Origin: an uncultured Gemmatimonadota bacterium
GTDB taxonomy: Bacteria > Gemmatimonadota > Gemmatimonadetes > Palauibacterales > Palauibacteraceae
Direction: 5' to 3'
Assembly (NCBI GenBank): GCA_964546375.1
Contig: CAZJJO010000002.1
Span: 1 to 57,157 of the forward strand
DNA length: 57,157 bases
Numbering within the stretch: the first letter of the stretch is position 1; every line of letters begins with the position of its first letter. The notes under the pieces are model-generated. The model worked only from the letters and a program-made list of their open reading frames with translations. It made no database searches and had not been told where the DNA came from. The position numbers were made by a program, and so were the translations under genes. This document shows, piece after piece, positions 18,965 to 27,602 of the stretch.

Positions 18965-19828
18965 TCACCGGTCCTCGAGCCCCGCCCGCTCGTAGTCGGG
19001 GTCGCCCGGGAGGACGGGCACCACCCGCTCGTCCTCCACCAGGAGGCGGGGCTTCACCGGCCGCACCTCCCGGCGGCGGAAGGCCGCCAGCGCGTCGTCC
19101 AGGCTCCCGAACCCGTCCAGCGCCTCGACGGTCTTGCGGGTGGGAAAGAGCATCGGGAGGTCGCCCGCACGGAAGCGCTCCAGCGCCCGAACGGGCTCGA
19201 TCCAGCCGGCATCGGTGTGCTCGCCGTGCACCAGCCGGGGCTCCCCGCCCCGGTGCTCGGCCAGGAAGAACCGGGCGTCGTAGCGCCGGGACAGCCGGGC
19301 CGGGGTGATCCACCGGGCGAAGTAGGCGGCCCGCAGGCCCCGGAACGCCAGGTCCCAGCGCCGCAGGATCCCGGGCAGGTCGATCCGGCCCGCCAGCAGC
19401 TCCCCCCGGACCTCCCGCCGCTCCTCCGCGTCCGGGACCCGGTCGGCCGGGAGCAGCCCGGTCTCCTCGAAGCACTCGCGCAGGGCGGCGGCCAGGAAGA
19501 CCGTCTCCGAGGACGTGGCCTCCGGGCCGAGCCGGCCGGCCAGGTCCGCCTCCCGGTCGCCGGGGTCGACGACCCCGCCGGGGAAGACCCAGGCCCCGGG
19601 CCCGAAGCGGGCCTCCTCGGGCCGGCGCAGCAGCAGCAGCTCGAGGCCCTCGCCGCCGCCCCGGGCCAGGACCAGCGTGGCCGCCGGCCAGGGCTCGACG
19701 GGCTCCTCGTCGGGCCCGATGTGGCCCTGGCGGAACTCCCGCCGCTCGATCCGCTCGCTCTCGGTGAGCCCCTCCCCGGTCACGTCCTCCCCCCCGGCCG
19801 TCAGGGTCCGCCCCCCGCGCCGGGCCAT
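18965..19828 (-). CDS. NUDIX hydrolase family protein
   Basis: C-terminal part of ORF 18965..20398. NUDIX box region WVFPGGVVDPGD..AALRECFEETGL. The start is either ATG 19828 or GTG 19783, so it is uncertain. Confidence 0.8.
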   Translation of the reverse strand: MARRGGRTLTAGGEDVTGEGLTESERIERREFRQGHIGPDEEPVEPWPAATLVLARGGGEGLELLLLRRPEEARFGPGAWVFPGGVVDPGDREADLAGRLGPEATSSETVFLAAALRECFEETGLLPADRVPDAEERREVRGELLAGRIDLPGILRRWDLAFRGLRAAYFARWITPARLSRRYDARFFLAEHRGGEPRLVHGEHTDAGWIEPVRALERFRAGDLPMLFPTRKTVEALDGFGSLDDALAAFRRREVRPVKPRLLVEDERVVPVLPGDPDYERAGLEDR

Positions 19829-20625
19829 CCTCCGGCCGGCAGGGCGCGCCGGAGCTCCTCGCCCGCGCCGCCGGCCAGGGCCAGGGCGATCATCCCCGCC
19901 AGGAACAGCAGGAACAGGCCCCAGACCCAGAACACCATGACCAGGGCCCGACCCGTGCCGGTGCGATGGACCTCCCGGAGCCCCACCACCTGCAGGACCC
20001 ACGTCCAGACCAGGCCCACCGGCCCGCCCACCACCGGCACCGCCGCCAGGACGGAGGGGCCCGCCGCGTAGCAGACCACGCGGAGGGTGGCTCCGATCCC
20101 CCGGCGATCGGGCGCCAGCACCAGGGCGCCCAGGTGAAAGACCAGGGTCGAGACCGCCAGGCCCACCAGCGCGGCGAAGGGGGCGACGAAGAAGCCGACG
20201 GCCGGGCCCACCGGCGCCTCCCCCCCCATCTCCCAGGCGGGGGCGGGGGCCGGGCCGTACTGCCAGAGCAGCGAGAAGACGGCCCCGGCCACCGTCACCA
20301 GCAGGAAGTAGAGCAGCGGTCGGGCGAGGCCGGAGCCGCCCGCCGCCCGCCGGAAGAAGGCCGCCGGCGCGAACAGGCTCGCCTTCCAGCTCCGCCACAG
20401 GTTGTCGGGAAAGGGCACCCCGGCGTCCTCCCAGGCGACCCGCCCGGGGCCCCGCGCCCGCCCGTCCGTACCGCCGGCGGCCTCCCCCGGCCCGGCCCGC
20501 TCCCGGCCGGGGGCGGACCGCTCAGGCGGCTCGCCGGCCGGGGACGACCCGGCCACCTCGCTCCCGCAGAGCGGACAGGTCTCCGCCTCGGTCTCGTGGC
20601 CGCAGTGGGGACAGGCGCGGGGCAT
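19801..20625 (-). CDS. Zinc-ribbon + Yip1-like multi-pass membrane protein
   Basis: ORF 19801..20625. N-terminal CPHCG..CPLCG ribbon, followed by about 5 hydrophobic segments resembling the Yip1 domain. Confidence 0.7.
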   Translation of the reverse strand: MPRACPHCGHETEAETCPLCGSEVAGSSPAGEPPERSAPGRERAGPGEAAGGTDGRARGPGRVAWEDAGVPFPDNLWRSWKASLFAPAAFFRRAAGGSGLARPLLYFLLVTVAGAVFSLLWQYGPAPAPAWEMGGEAPVGPAVGFFVAPFAALVGLAVSTLVFHLGALVLAPDRRGIGATLRVVCYAAGPSVLAAVPVVGGPVGLVWTWVLQVVGLREVHRTGTGRALVMVFWVWGLFLLFLAGMIALALAGGAGEELRRALPAGGWPGAGGGP

Positions 20626-20673
20626 GCTCGGGGCCTCCGGTCCTCGGGCGGGGCCGGCCCGGTTCGGGGCCGG

Positions 20674-21144
20674 TCAGCTCCCGTCGATCCAGCCGTCGAC
20701 CAGCTCCTCGAGCCCGTCCAGGTCGACGGGCTTGAGGATGCAGTCGTCGCAGCCGGCCGCCGTGCTGGCCCGGCGGGCGCCCTCCATGGCGGTGACCGCC
20801 ACGATCCGGACGTCGTCGAGCCCCCGGATCTCGCGGATCCGCCGGGTCGCCTCCAGGCCGTCGACCCCCGGCATCATGATGTCCATCAGCACCAGGTCCG
20901 GCCGGACCCGGCGGGAGACCTCGACGGCCTCCTCCCCGTCGGCGGCCTCGTGGACCCGGTGGCCCGAGGCCTCCAGGAGGGCCCGCAGGGCCATCCGGCA
21001 GTCCTCGTTGTCGTCGGCCACGACGATGCAGCCGCCGCCGGTCGGCCGCGCCTCGCCCGGCGACCCGGACGGCTCGCGCCCGAGCTCTCCGGCCTCGCCC
21101 TCGCCCCCCGGCGAACCGGGGGCCAGGTCCCGTGCGCTCTCCAT
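20674..21144 (-). CDS. Stand-alone response-regulator receiver domain (CheY-like)
   Basis: ORF 20674..21144. VVADDNED, LVLMDIMMPGVDG (phospho-Asp context), AVTA, KP. Confidence 0.88.
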   Translation of the reverse strand: MESARDLAPGSPGGEGEAGELGREPSGSPGEARPTGGGCIVVADDNEDCRMALRALLEASGHRVHEAADGEEAVEVSRRVRPDLVLMDIMMPGVDGLEATRRIREIRGLDDVRIVAVTAMEGARRASTAAGCDDCILKPVDLDGLEELVDGWIDGS

Positions 21145-21174
21145 GGTGCTCCGGGGCTCGAAGGGGTTCGACGC

Positions 21175-23358
21175 TCACGTCCTCGCCGGGACGTCTCCGG
21201 CCTTCCCGGGAGCAACTTCTGCGCCAGACCGCGCCCCCTCGCGGGCCCCGTCCCCCCGCAGGAGGACCCGGCCGTCCACGGCCACGCTGCGCCCCTCCTC
21301 CGGGAAGGCCAGGAACGGGTTCACGTCCAGCTCGGCGATCCGGGGGTGATCGCCCACGAGCTGGCTCACCCGCTGCAGCGTCTCGGCCAGCGCGTCGAAG
21401 TCCACCGACGCCTCGCCGCGGACGCCCTCCAGCAGGGGAGCCCCCCGGATCGAGCGGACCATCTCCCGCGCGTCCAGGTCGCTCACCGGCTGCAGGCGGA
21501 AGGTCACGTCGCCCAGGGCCTCGACGTAGATCCCGCCGAGGCCGAACATGATCAGCGGGCCGAAGTTGGGCTCGGTGGTCATGCCCACGATGGTCTCCCG
21601 GCCGCCCTCGACCATGGGCTGGACCAGCACCCCCTCCAGCTCGGCCTCCGCCCAGCCCTCGGCCCGCCGCTCGATGTCGCGGAACGCGGCCCGGACGTCG
21701 TCCTCGCCCTCCAGCTCCAGGGCCACGGCGCCGGCCTCGGTCTTGTGGACCAGGCCGGGCGCCACCGCCTTCAGGACCACCGGCCCCTCCATCCCGGCGG
21801 CCGCCTCCACGGCGGCCTCCTCCCCGTGCACCACCCGGTGGGGGGCGGTCGGGATCCCGTAGGCCTCCAGCACCCGGAGCGACTCGTCCACGGTGAGCAG
21901 CTCGCGGCCCTCCGCCTCGGCCCGGTCCAGGACCGCCTCGGCCGCCCCGGGGTCGGCGTCGAACGTCTCCACCTCCCCCTCGGGCCGCTCCAGCCACGCC
22001 CGGTGGCGGTCCATGGCCGCCAGGGCCCGGGCCGCCGACTCCGGGAAGATGTAGGCCGGCACGCCGGCGTCCCTCAGCTCGGCCATCCCGCGCGGCAGGC
22101 CCTCCCGTCCCATCAGCACCGCCATCACCGGCTTCTCGGACGCCCCGGCCGCGTCGCGGATGGCCCGCGCGACGTCGACCGCGTCGATGCCCAGCGGCGG
22201 CACGAAGGCCGCGATCACCGCGTCGACGCCCTCGTCGTCGAGCACCCGCTCCAGGACCCGCCGGTAGTCGTCGGCGTCGGCGCTGGCGATCATGTCCACC
22301 GGGTTGCCGACGCTGGCCTCGGCCGGGAGCACCTCCCGGAGCCGGCCCGCCACCGCGTCGGAGAGGGCCGGCACCTCCAGCCCCCGGGCCTCGCAGGCGT
22401 CGGCGATGATGATGCCGGGGCCGCCGGCGTTGGTCACGATCCCCACCCGGGGCCCGGCCGGGAGGGGGGCGTTGCCGAAGGCCATCGCCAGGTCGAACAG
22501 CTCCTCGACGGTGTCCGCCCGCTGGACCCCGCACTGGGCGAAGAGCGCGTCGGTGGCCACGTCCATGGCGGCCAGGGCCCCGGTGTGGCTGGAGGCCGCC
22601 CGCGCCCCGGCCTTGCTGCGCCCGGCCTTCACCGCGATCACCGGCTTCTCGCGCGTGGTGGCCCGGGCGATCCGGTTGAAGTTCTGGGGGTTCCCGAAGT
22701 TCTCCAGGTACATCAGGATCACGCCCGCCTCGTCGTCCCGGCGCCAGTACTCGAGCAGGTCGTTGCCGGAGACGTCCGCCTTGTTGCCCATCGAGACGAA
22801 CTGGCTGATGCCGAAGCCGTACTCGGCGGCGTAGTCGAGGATCGAGACGCCCATCGCCCCCGACTGGCTCATGAACGCGATGGGGCCCGCCGGCGGCATG
22901 CTCGGCGCGAAGGTGGCGTTGAGCGAGTGCTCGCCGGCGGTGTTGATGACGCCCATGCAGTTCGGGCCCACCATCCGCATCCCGTGCTCGCGGACCACCT
23001 CGAGCAGCTCGCGCTCGCGGCGGGCTCCCTCCTCGCCCACCTCCCGGAAGCCGGCGCTGATGACCACGACCCCGCCCACGCCGGCCTCGCCGCAGGCCTC
23101 GACGACCTCCAGCACGTGCTCCTTGGGCACCACCACCACGGCCAGGTCGGGGACCTCGGGGAGGTCGGCGACCGAGGCGTAGGCGCGGACCGAGTGGACC
23201 GAGCGGGCGTTCGGGTTCACCGGATAGACGGTCCCCGTGAAGCCGTGCTCGAGCAGGTTGTCGAGCACCTCGTAGCCGATGGTGCCGGGCGTCCGGCTCG
23301 CCCCGATCACCGCCACCGAGTCCGGCCGCAGCAGGCTGTCCAGCGTTCCGCTCTCCAT
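21175..23358 (-). CDS. ADP-forming acetyl/acyl-CoA synthetase family protein (CoA-binding + ATP-grasp, no GNAT domain)
   Basis: ORF 21175..23415. SVAVIGAS, YPVNP, ISAGF, MRMVGPNCMGVINT, and a C-terminal ATP-grasp. I prefer ATG 23358 (GGAGG 11 nt upstream), because the 23415 start would overlap the divergent queD start. Confidence 0.88.
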   Translation of the reverse strand: MESGTLDSLLRPDSVAVIGASRTPGTIGYEVLDNLLEHGFTGTVYPVNPNARSVHSVRAYASVADLPEVPDLAVVVVPKEHVLEVVEACGEAGVGGVVVISAGFREVGEEGARRERELLEVVREHGMRMVGPNCMGVINTAGEHSLNATFAPSMPPAGPIAFMSQSGAMGVSILDYAAEYGFGISQFVSMGNKADVSGNDLLEYWRRDDEAGVILMYLENFGNPQNFNRIARATTREKPVIAVKAGRSKAGARAASSHTGALAAMDVATDALFAQCGVQRADTVEELFDLAMAFGNAPLPAGPRVGIVTNAGGPGIIIADACEARGLEVPALSDAVAGRLREVLPAEASVGNPVDMIASADADDYRRVLERVLDDEGVDAVIAAFVPPLGIDAVDVARAIRDAAGASEKPVMAVLMGREGLPRGMAELRDAGVPAYIFPESAARALAAMDRHRAWLERPEGEVETFDADPGAAEAVLDRAEAEGRELLTVDESLRVLEAYGIPTAPHRVVHGEEAAVEAAAGMEGPVVLKAVAPGLVHKTEAGAVALELEGEDDVRAAFRDIERRAEGWAEAELEGVLVQPMVEGGRETIVGMTTEPNFGPLIMFGLGGIYVEALGDVTFRLQPVSDLDAREMVRSIRGAPLLEGVRGEASVDFDALAETLQRVSQLVGDHPRIAELDVNPFLAFPEEGRSVAVDGRVLLRGDGAREGARSGAEVAPGKAGDVPART

Positions 23359-23413
23359 GGTACGTTGCGCCTCCGTCTCAGGTGTCTCTCGTCCAGGGAG
23401 GGAGAAGACCCTC

Positions 23414-23827
23414 ATGTCGCGTGCCTCGCTGACGCGGGTCGTGCGGTTCTCCGCCGGCCACCGGTACCGACGTTCGGAGTGGAGCGAGGAGAAGAACCGG
23501 GAGGTGTTCGGGGCGTGCGTCGCGCGACACGGGCACGACTACCGGTGCGAGGTCACCGTCGAGGGGCCCGTGGACCCGGAGACCGGGATGGTGATCGACC
23601 TGGGCCGGCTGGACCGCCTGCTGGAGGAGGAGGTCTCGGGTCCCATGGACCACGCCTTCCTCAACGACCTCCCGGAGTTCGCCGACGGCGGGCGGATCCC
23701 CACCACCGAGGAGCTGGCCCGGGTCGTCTGGTCGCGCCTCGCCCCCCGGCTGCCGGACGGCTGTGCCCTGGCCCGGGTCCGGATCCGCGAGGGGCCCGAC
23801 CTGTGGTCGGACTACGAGGGCGGGTGA
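23414..23827 (+). CDS. queD: 6-carboxy-5,6,7,8-tetrahydropterin synthase
   Basis: C-terminal 137 codons of ORF 23279..23827 from ATG 23414 (GGGAGGGAG upstream). FSAGHRY, CVARHGHDY, MVIDL, DHAFLND. Confidence 0.88.
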   Translation: MSRASLTRVVRFSAGHRYRRSEWSEEKNREVFGACVARHGHDYRCEVTVEGPVDPETGMVIDLGRLDRLLEEEVSGPMDHAFLNDLPEFADGGRIPTTEELARVVWSRLAPRLPDGCALARVRIREGPDLWSDYEGG

Positions 23828-23843
23828 TCCCCCCGGCGCCCGG

Positions 23844-24947
23844 TCAGTCCAGCAGGCGCAGGGGCATCACCAGGCAGAGGTAGTCCAGGTCGCCGTCCAC
23901 CGGCTCGAAGGTGGCCGCGCGCTCGGGGGCCTGGAAGGCCAGGCGGACGTCCTCGGTGGGCATGTGGCGGAGCACCTCGAGGAGGTAGTTGGCGTTGAAG
24001 CCGATCTCCATCTCCTCCTCCGAGTAGTCCACCGCCAGCTCGTCCTCGGCCTCCCCGAGGTCGGGCGTCTGCACCCGGAACCCGAGGTGGTCGTCGGCGA
24101 ACATCAGCCGCACCCGGTGGGTCTGATCGCTCGCCACGACCGCCATCCGGCGGATCGCCTTCTCCAGGGCCTCGCAGTTCCCCACGGCGTGCTTGTCGTT
24201 GTCGTCGGGGATGACCTGCTCGTAGTTGGGATACGGCCCCTCGATCAGGCGGGTGTAGACCACCCGCTCCTCGGACCGGAAGGCGAGGTGGTTCTCCGAG
24301 CGGGCCACCTCCAGCTCCTCGTCGCCCTCGAAGAGGCGCTCGACCTGCTGGAGCGCCTTCGGCGGCACGATCAGGTCCGCCTCCGGCGCGTCGGCCTCCT
24401 CGAGGGGGACTCGCATCCGCGCGAGCCGGTGGCCGTTGGTGGCCACCATCGTGCTGTGGTCGGCCCGGAGCTGCCAGAGCACCCCGTTCAGGATCGGCCG
24501 GCTCTCCTCGGTGGAGGCGGCAAACGCCGTGTGCCCGATGAGCTGCTGGAGGTCGCCGGCCGAGACCCGCCAGCTCTCCTCGAAGTCCACCTCGGGGAAC
24601 GACGGGAACTCGTCCTCGGCCAGGCCGAAGAGCTTGAAGCGGCTCTTCCCGCACTCGAGGTGGATCTTGTCGCCCTCGGCCTCCAGGTGGACGGGCGCGT
24701 CCTCCAGCTCGCGCGCGATGTCCGACAGCTTCTTCGCCGGGACGGTCACGGCCCCGTCCTCCTCCACGTCGGCGGCCACCGAGACCGAGACCGATATGTC
24801 GAGGTCCGTCCCGCTCAGCTCGAGGCGGTCGCCGTCGGTCCGGACCAGGATGTTCGACAGGACCGGCAGCGTCGTCTTGCTCGGGATCGTGGCCGTCACG
24901 GCGCCGAGCCCGTCCCGGAGCTTCTCGCGGGTGATGGAAAGCTTCAT
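23844..24947 (-). CDS. dnaN: DNA polymerase III beta sliding clamp
   Basis: ORF 23844..24947. MKLSITREKL..TLPVLSNILV..NGVLWQL..VMPLRL. Located immediately downstream of dnaA. Confidence 0.96.
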   Translation of the reverse strand: MKLSITREKLRDGLGAVTATIPSKTTLPVLSNILVRTDGDRLELSGTDLDISVSVSVAADVEEDGAVTVPAKKLSDIARELEDAPVHLEAEGDKIHLECGKSRFKLFGLAEDEFPSFPEVDFEESWRVSAGDLQQLIGHTAFAASTEESRPILNGVLWQLRADHSTMVATNGHRLARMRVPLEEADAPEADLIVPPKALQQVERLFEGDEELEVARSENHLAFRSEERVVYTRLIEGPYPNYEQVIPDDNDKHAVGNCEALEKAIRRMAVVASDQTHRVRLMFADDHLGFRVQTPDLGEAEDELAVDYSEEEMEIGFNANYLLEVLRHMPTEDVRLAFQAPERAATFEPVDGDLDYLCLVMPLRLLD

Positions 24948-25040
24948 CGAGGCCCTCGCTCTGTCGGTGGGACGGGCGGCGGCGAGCCGCCGCCCGGAGC
25001 CCTTCGTCGATTCTCCCCCGGAAGCTGTTCTGTTCCGGGT

Positions 25041-25259
25041 GTGTTAGACAACACTCAGCAGCAGTAGTAGGGGACGTGGAGAGGTGGAGAACCGGGCTCC
25101 CGTCGGCCGGTCGCCCGGAGCTGCTCCGTCTTCTCGTCGTCCCGGCCCCGTGTGGAAAGACGGTGGAGATCCCCCCGACCGTCCACCCTGATCCACGGGA
25201 CGCGGTCCGTCGGGACGATGTACGGTCCTTTCAACACGGCGTCCACGGCGTTCTCCACG
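25041..25259. other. Candidate oriC core: eight DnaA-box-like 9-mers in two opposed arrays plus an AT-richer trinucleotide tract
   Basis: TCCAC-core 9-mers at 25075, 25083, 25151 and 25162 (minus orientation) and 25179, 25189, 25239 and 25251 (plus orientation). They match TTATCCACA at 5-7 of 9 positions. CAGCAGCAGTAGTAG lies at 25056-25070. By hand count 25041-25070 has 14/30 G+C. Confidence 0.55.
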
Positions 25260-25307
25260 GATCCCGTGCGGCGGCCCCGGCCGGTCGGGCCCCCGGGCGG
25301 ACGCCGG

Positions 25308-26693
25308 TCAGGCGAACTCCTCGCGCAGCTCCCGGACCCGGCCCCGGAACTCGGCGTCGTTGGCCATCTCCGCCTCCACCTTGTTGACGGAGTGGATGAC
25401 GGTGGAGTGGTCGCGGCCCCCGAAGAGCTCGCCGATCTCGGTGTAGGGGAGGTCGAGGAGCGTCTTGATCAGGTACATGGCCACCTGGCGGGGCACGGTC
25501 AGGTTGCGCGTGCGCCGCTTGGAGGTGAGCCCGTCGACGGTCACGTCCCAGGCCTCGGCCGTCCGGCGGCGGATCTCCTCCGGCGAGGCGCGGCTCTCCT
25601 CGTCCTCCTCGTCCTCGGCCCCGGGGCCGAGCGCCTCCCGGGCCAGCTCCAGCGTGATCTCCCGGCGGGTGAGGGAGCTGTAGGCCAGCAGCTTGATGAC
25701 CGCCCCCTCGAGCTGGCGCACGGACGTCTTGCGGTTCCGGGCGATGAACTCGATGACCTCGTCGTCGATGACCAGCTTGTCCTCCGCGGCCTTCTTCTGG
25801 AGGATCGCCACGCGCGTCTCGAAGTCCGGGGGCTTGATGTCCGTGACCAGGCCCCACTCGAAGCGGGAGACCAGCCGCTCCTGAAGCCCGGGGATCTCCT
25901 GGGGGGGACGGTCGCTGGTGATGACGATCTGCTTCTGGGCGTCGTACAGCGAGTTGAACGTGTGGAAGAACTCCTCCTGGGTGCCCTCCTTGTTGCCGAG
26001 GAAGTGGACGTCGTCCACCAGGAGGACGTCGATCTTCCGGTAGCGCTGGCGGAACTCGGCCGTCCGGCCGCTCTGGATGGCCGTGATCATCTCGTTGGTG
26101 AACTGCTCGGAGGGGATGTAGGAGACCCGGCGCTCGGGGAACTCGCCCAGGATGGCGTGTCCGATGGCGTGCATGAGGTGGGTCTTGCCCAGCCCCGTGT
26201 CGCCGTAGATGAACAGCGGGTTGTAGGCCTTGGCCGGGGCGTCGGCCACCCGCTGGCACGCCGCCGCGGCGAGCTGGTTGTTGCCCCCGATGACGAACCG
26301 GTCGAAGGTGTAGCGCTCGTTGAGGCCCGCCTCCTCGGGGTCGACCCGGACCGGCTCGGTCCCGGAGGAAGCGGTCTCCCCCGCCCCGCCCCGCTCCTCG
26401 TCGGGCTCCGACCGGATCTCGGGGAAGTCCAGGCGGTCGGTCTCCCCCCGGTGCTCGAAGCGGAGCTGCAGGGCCTGACCGATCTGCCGCTCGGCCAGCT
26501 CGGCCAGCAGCTCGCCGTATTTGTCCTCGATCCACTCCACGGCGAACTTCGTCGGCGCCGCCACGACCAGCGTGTCGTCGGACAGGGTCACCGCCCGGGT
26601 GGAGGAGAGCCAGGTGCGGAACGTCTGCTCCGGAAGGACCTCGCGGGCCGCCTCGGTGATCCGGGACCAGGCTTCCTCTGCGGTCAGCTCCAT
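25308..26693 (-). CDS. dnaA: Chromosomal replication initiator protein DnaA
   Basis: C-terminal 461 codons of ORF 25308..27134 from ATG 26693 (MELTAEEAWSRI). Walker A GDTGLGKTHL, LLVDDVHF, box VII/sensor ITSDRPP, C-terminal HTH VAMYLIKTLLDLPYTEIGELFGGRDHSTVIHS. Confidence 0.97.
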   Translation of the reverse strand: MELTAEEAWSRITEAAREVLPEQTFRTWLSSTRAVTLSDDTLVVAAPTKFAVEWIEDKYGELLAELAERQIGQALQLRFEHRGETDRLDFPEIRSEPDEERGGAGETASSGTEPVRVDPEEAGLNERYTFDRFVIGGNNQLAAAACQRVADAPAKAYNPLFIYGDTGLGKTHLMHAIGHAILGEFPERRVSYIPSEQFTNEMITAIQSGRTAEFRQRYRKIDVLLVDDVHFLGNKEGTQEEFFHTFNSLYDAQKQIVITSDRPPQEIPGLQERLVSRFEWGLVTDIKPPDFETRVAILQKKAAEDKLVIDDEVIEFIARNRKTSVRQLEGAVIKLLAYSSLTRREITLELAREALGPGAEDEEDEESRASPEEIRRRTAEAWDVTVDGLTSKRRTRNLTVPRQVAMYLIKTLLDLPYTEIGELFGGRDHSTVIHSVNKVEAEMANDAEFRGRVRELREEFA

Positions 26694-26764
26694 GCGGCTC
26701 GCGGCGCTCGGGGGACGAGTCGTCGGCGGCCCGAAGGAGGGGGGCGCCCGCGACAGGGCGAACC

Positions 26765-26794
26765 AACGTAGGCCCGGCTCGCCGCCCGTGTCAA
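26765..26794 (-). promoter_or_regulatory. Putative dnaA promoter (TTGACA-18 nt-TACGTT)
   Basis: On the minus strand, a perfect -35 TTGACA (26794-26789), an 18-nt spacer and TACGTT (26770-26765), about 70 nt upstream of the dnaA ATG. Confidence 0.45.
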
Positions 26795-26809
26795 CGCGGG
26801 ATCGAGAGG

Positions 26810-26818
26810 TTTTCCACA
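26810..26818 (+). promoter_or_regulatory. DnaA box TTTTCCACA (8/9 to TTATCCACA) between the divergent dnaA and rnpA promoters
   Basis: Direct read of 26810-26818. It lies 16 nt upstream of the putative dnaA -35. Confidence 0.6.
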
Positions 26819-26843
26819 ACCCGAGGGCGGGCCCGGATCGGGT

Positions 26844-26872
26844 TTGACTGCCGGGGTCGTCCGGGGTAAGAT
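26844..26872 (+). promoter_or_regulatory. Putative rnpA-yidD-yidC promoter (TTGACT-17 nt-TAAGAT)
   Basis: TTGACT at 26844-26849, a 17-nt spacer and TAAGAT at 26867-26872, about 45 nt upstream of the rnpA start. Confidence 0.5.
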
Positions 26873-26919
26873 CACGGGCTCGATCGAGGCGGGAGCATCG
26901 CGAACGCCCCGGGCCGACG

Positions 26920-27327
26920 GTGAAGGAGATGGCAGCGGAGGGAGACGGGGCCGACGGGGAGCGCTTTCCCGCCGCGGCGCGGATCGGGAGCTCGGAGCAG
27001 ATCCGGACGGTCTTCCGCGAGGGGACCCGACACGGGGCCGGCGCCCTCGAGGTGTTCGTCCTCCCGTCGCCGGCCGCCCGCCCCCGGGCGGCGTTCGTCG
27101 TGCCCCGGCACGGCCGCACCATCGCGGAGCGCAACCGGCTGAAACGGCGCCTGCGCGAGATCGTACGCCGGGGATGGCTCCCCCGGGCCCACCGGGAGGG
27201 CCCGGCGCTGGACGTGGTGGTCCGGGCCCGCCCCGGGGCCTACGGGGCCTCGTTCGACCGGCTGCGCCGCGACCTGGTGAATCGACTCGAGGCGGTCTCG
27301 TGGGACGAAGGATCCTCGTCGGCCTGA
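26920..27327 (+). CDS. rnpA: Ribonuclease P protein component
   Basis: ORF 26920..27327. Basic protein with the RNR-like motif [12 protein letters not shown]. Canonical position before yidD/yidC. The start is either GTG 26920 or ATG 26929, so it is uncertain. Confidence 0.85.
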   Translation: MKEMAAEGDGADGERFPAAARIGSSEQIRTVFREGTRHGAGALEVFVLPSPAARPRAAFVVPRHGRTIAERNRLKRRLREIVRRGWLPRAHREGPALDVVVRARPGAYGASFDRLRRDLVNRLEAVSWDEGSSSA

Positions 27328-27602
27328 TCCGCTTCTACCAGGCGGCGGTCTCGCCGCTCCTCCCGAGCACGTGCCGCTACACGCCCACCTGCTCGCGGTA
27401 CGCGCTGGAGGCGGTGCGGCGGCACGGCGCGGTCCGGGGCGGATGGCTCGCGGCCCGGCGGTTGCTACGATGCCATCCCCTGGGCGGGAAGGGTTGGGAC
27501 CCGGTCCCGGGGACGGACCCTTCCGCCGGCCCGGGCACGGCCGACGAGGACCCGGAGATCGGCACCGAGCGGAGCGACGCGACGACGGACCGACGGGGAT
27601 AG
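27300..27602 (+). CDS. yidD: Membrane protein insertion efficiency factor YidD
   Basis: C-terminal part of ORF 26844..27602 from GTG 27300. [35 protein letters not shown]...RLLRCHP. Overlaps the rnpA end by 28 nt. Confidence 0.9.
   Translation: MGRRILVGLIRFYQAAVSPLLPSTCRYTPTCSRYALEAVRRHGAVRGGWLAARRLLRCHPLGGKGWDPVPGTDPSAGPGTADEDPEIGTERSDATTDRRG

Noticed and set aside
26694-26919. Hidden rpmH (L34) gene between dnaA and rnpA.
   Set aside because: No frame on either strand encodes a 44-46-aa Lys/Arg-rich peptide beginning MKRT-like. The space is occupied by the two promoter-like elements and the DnaA box.
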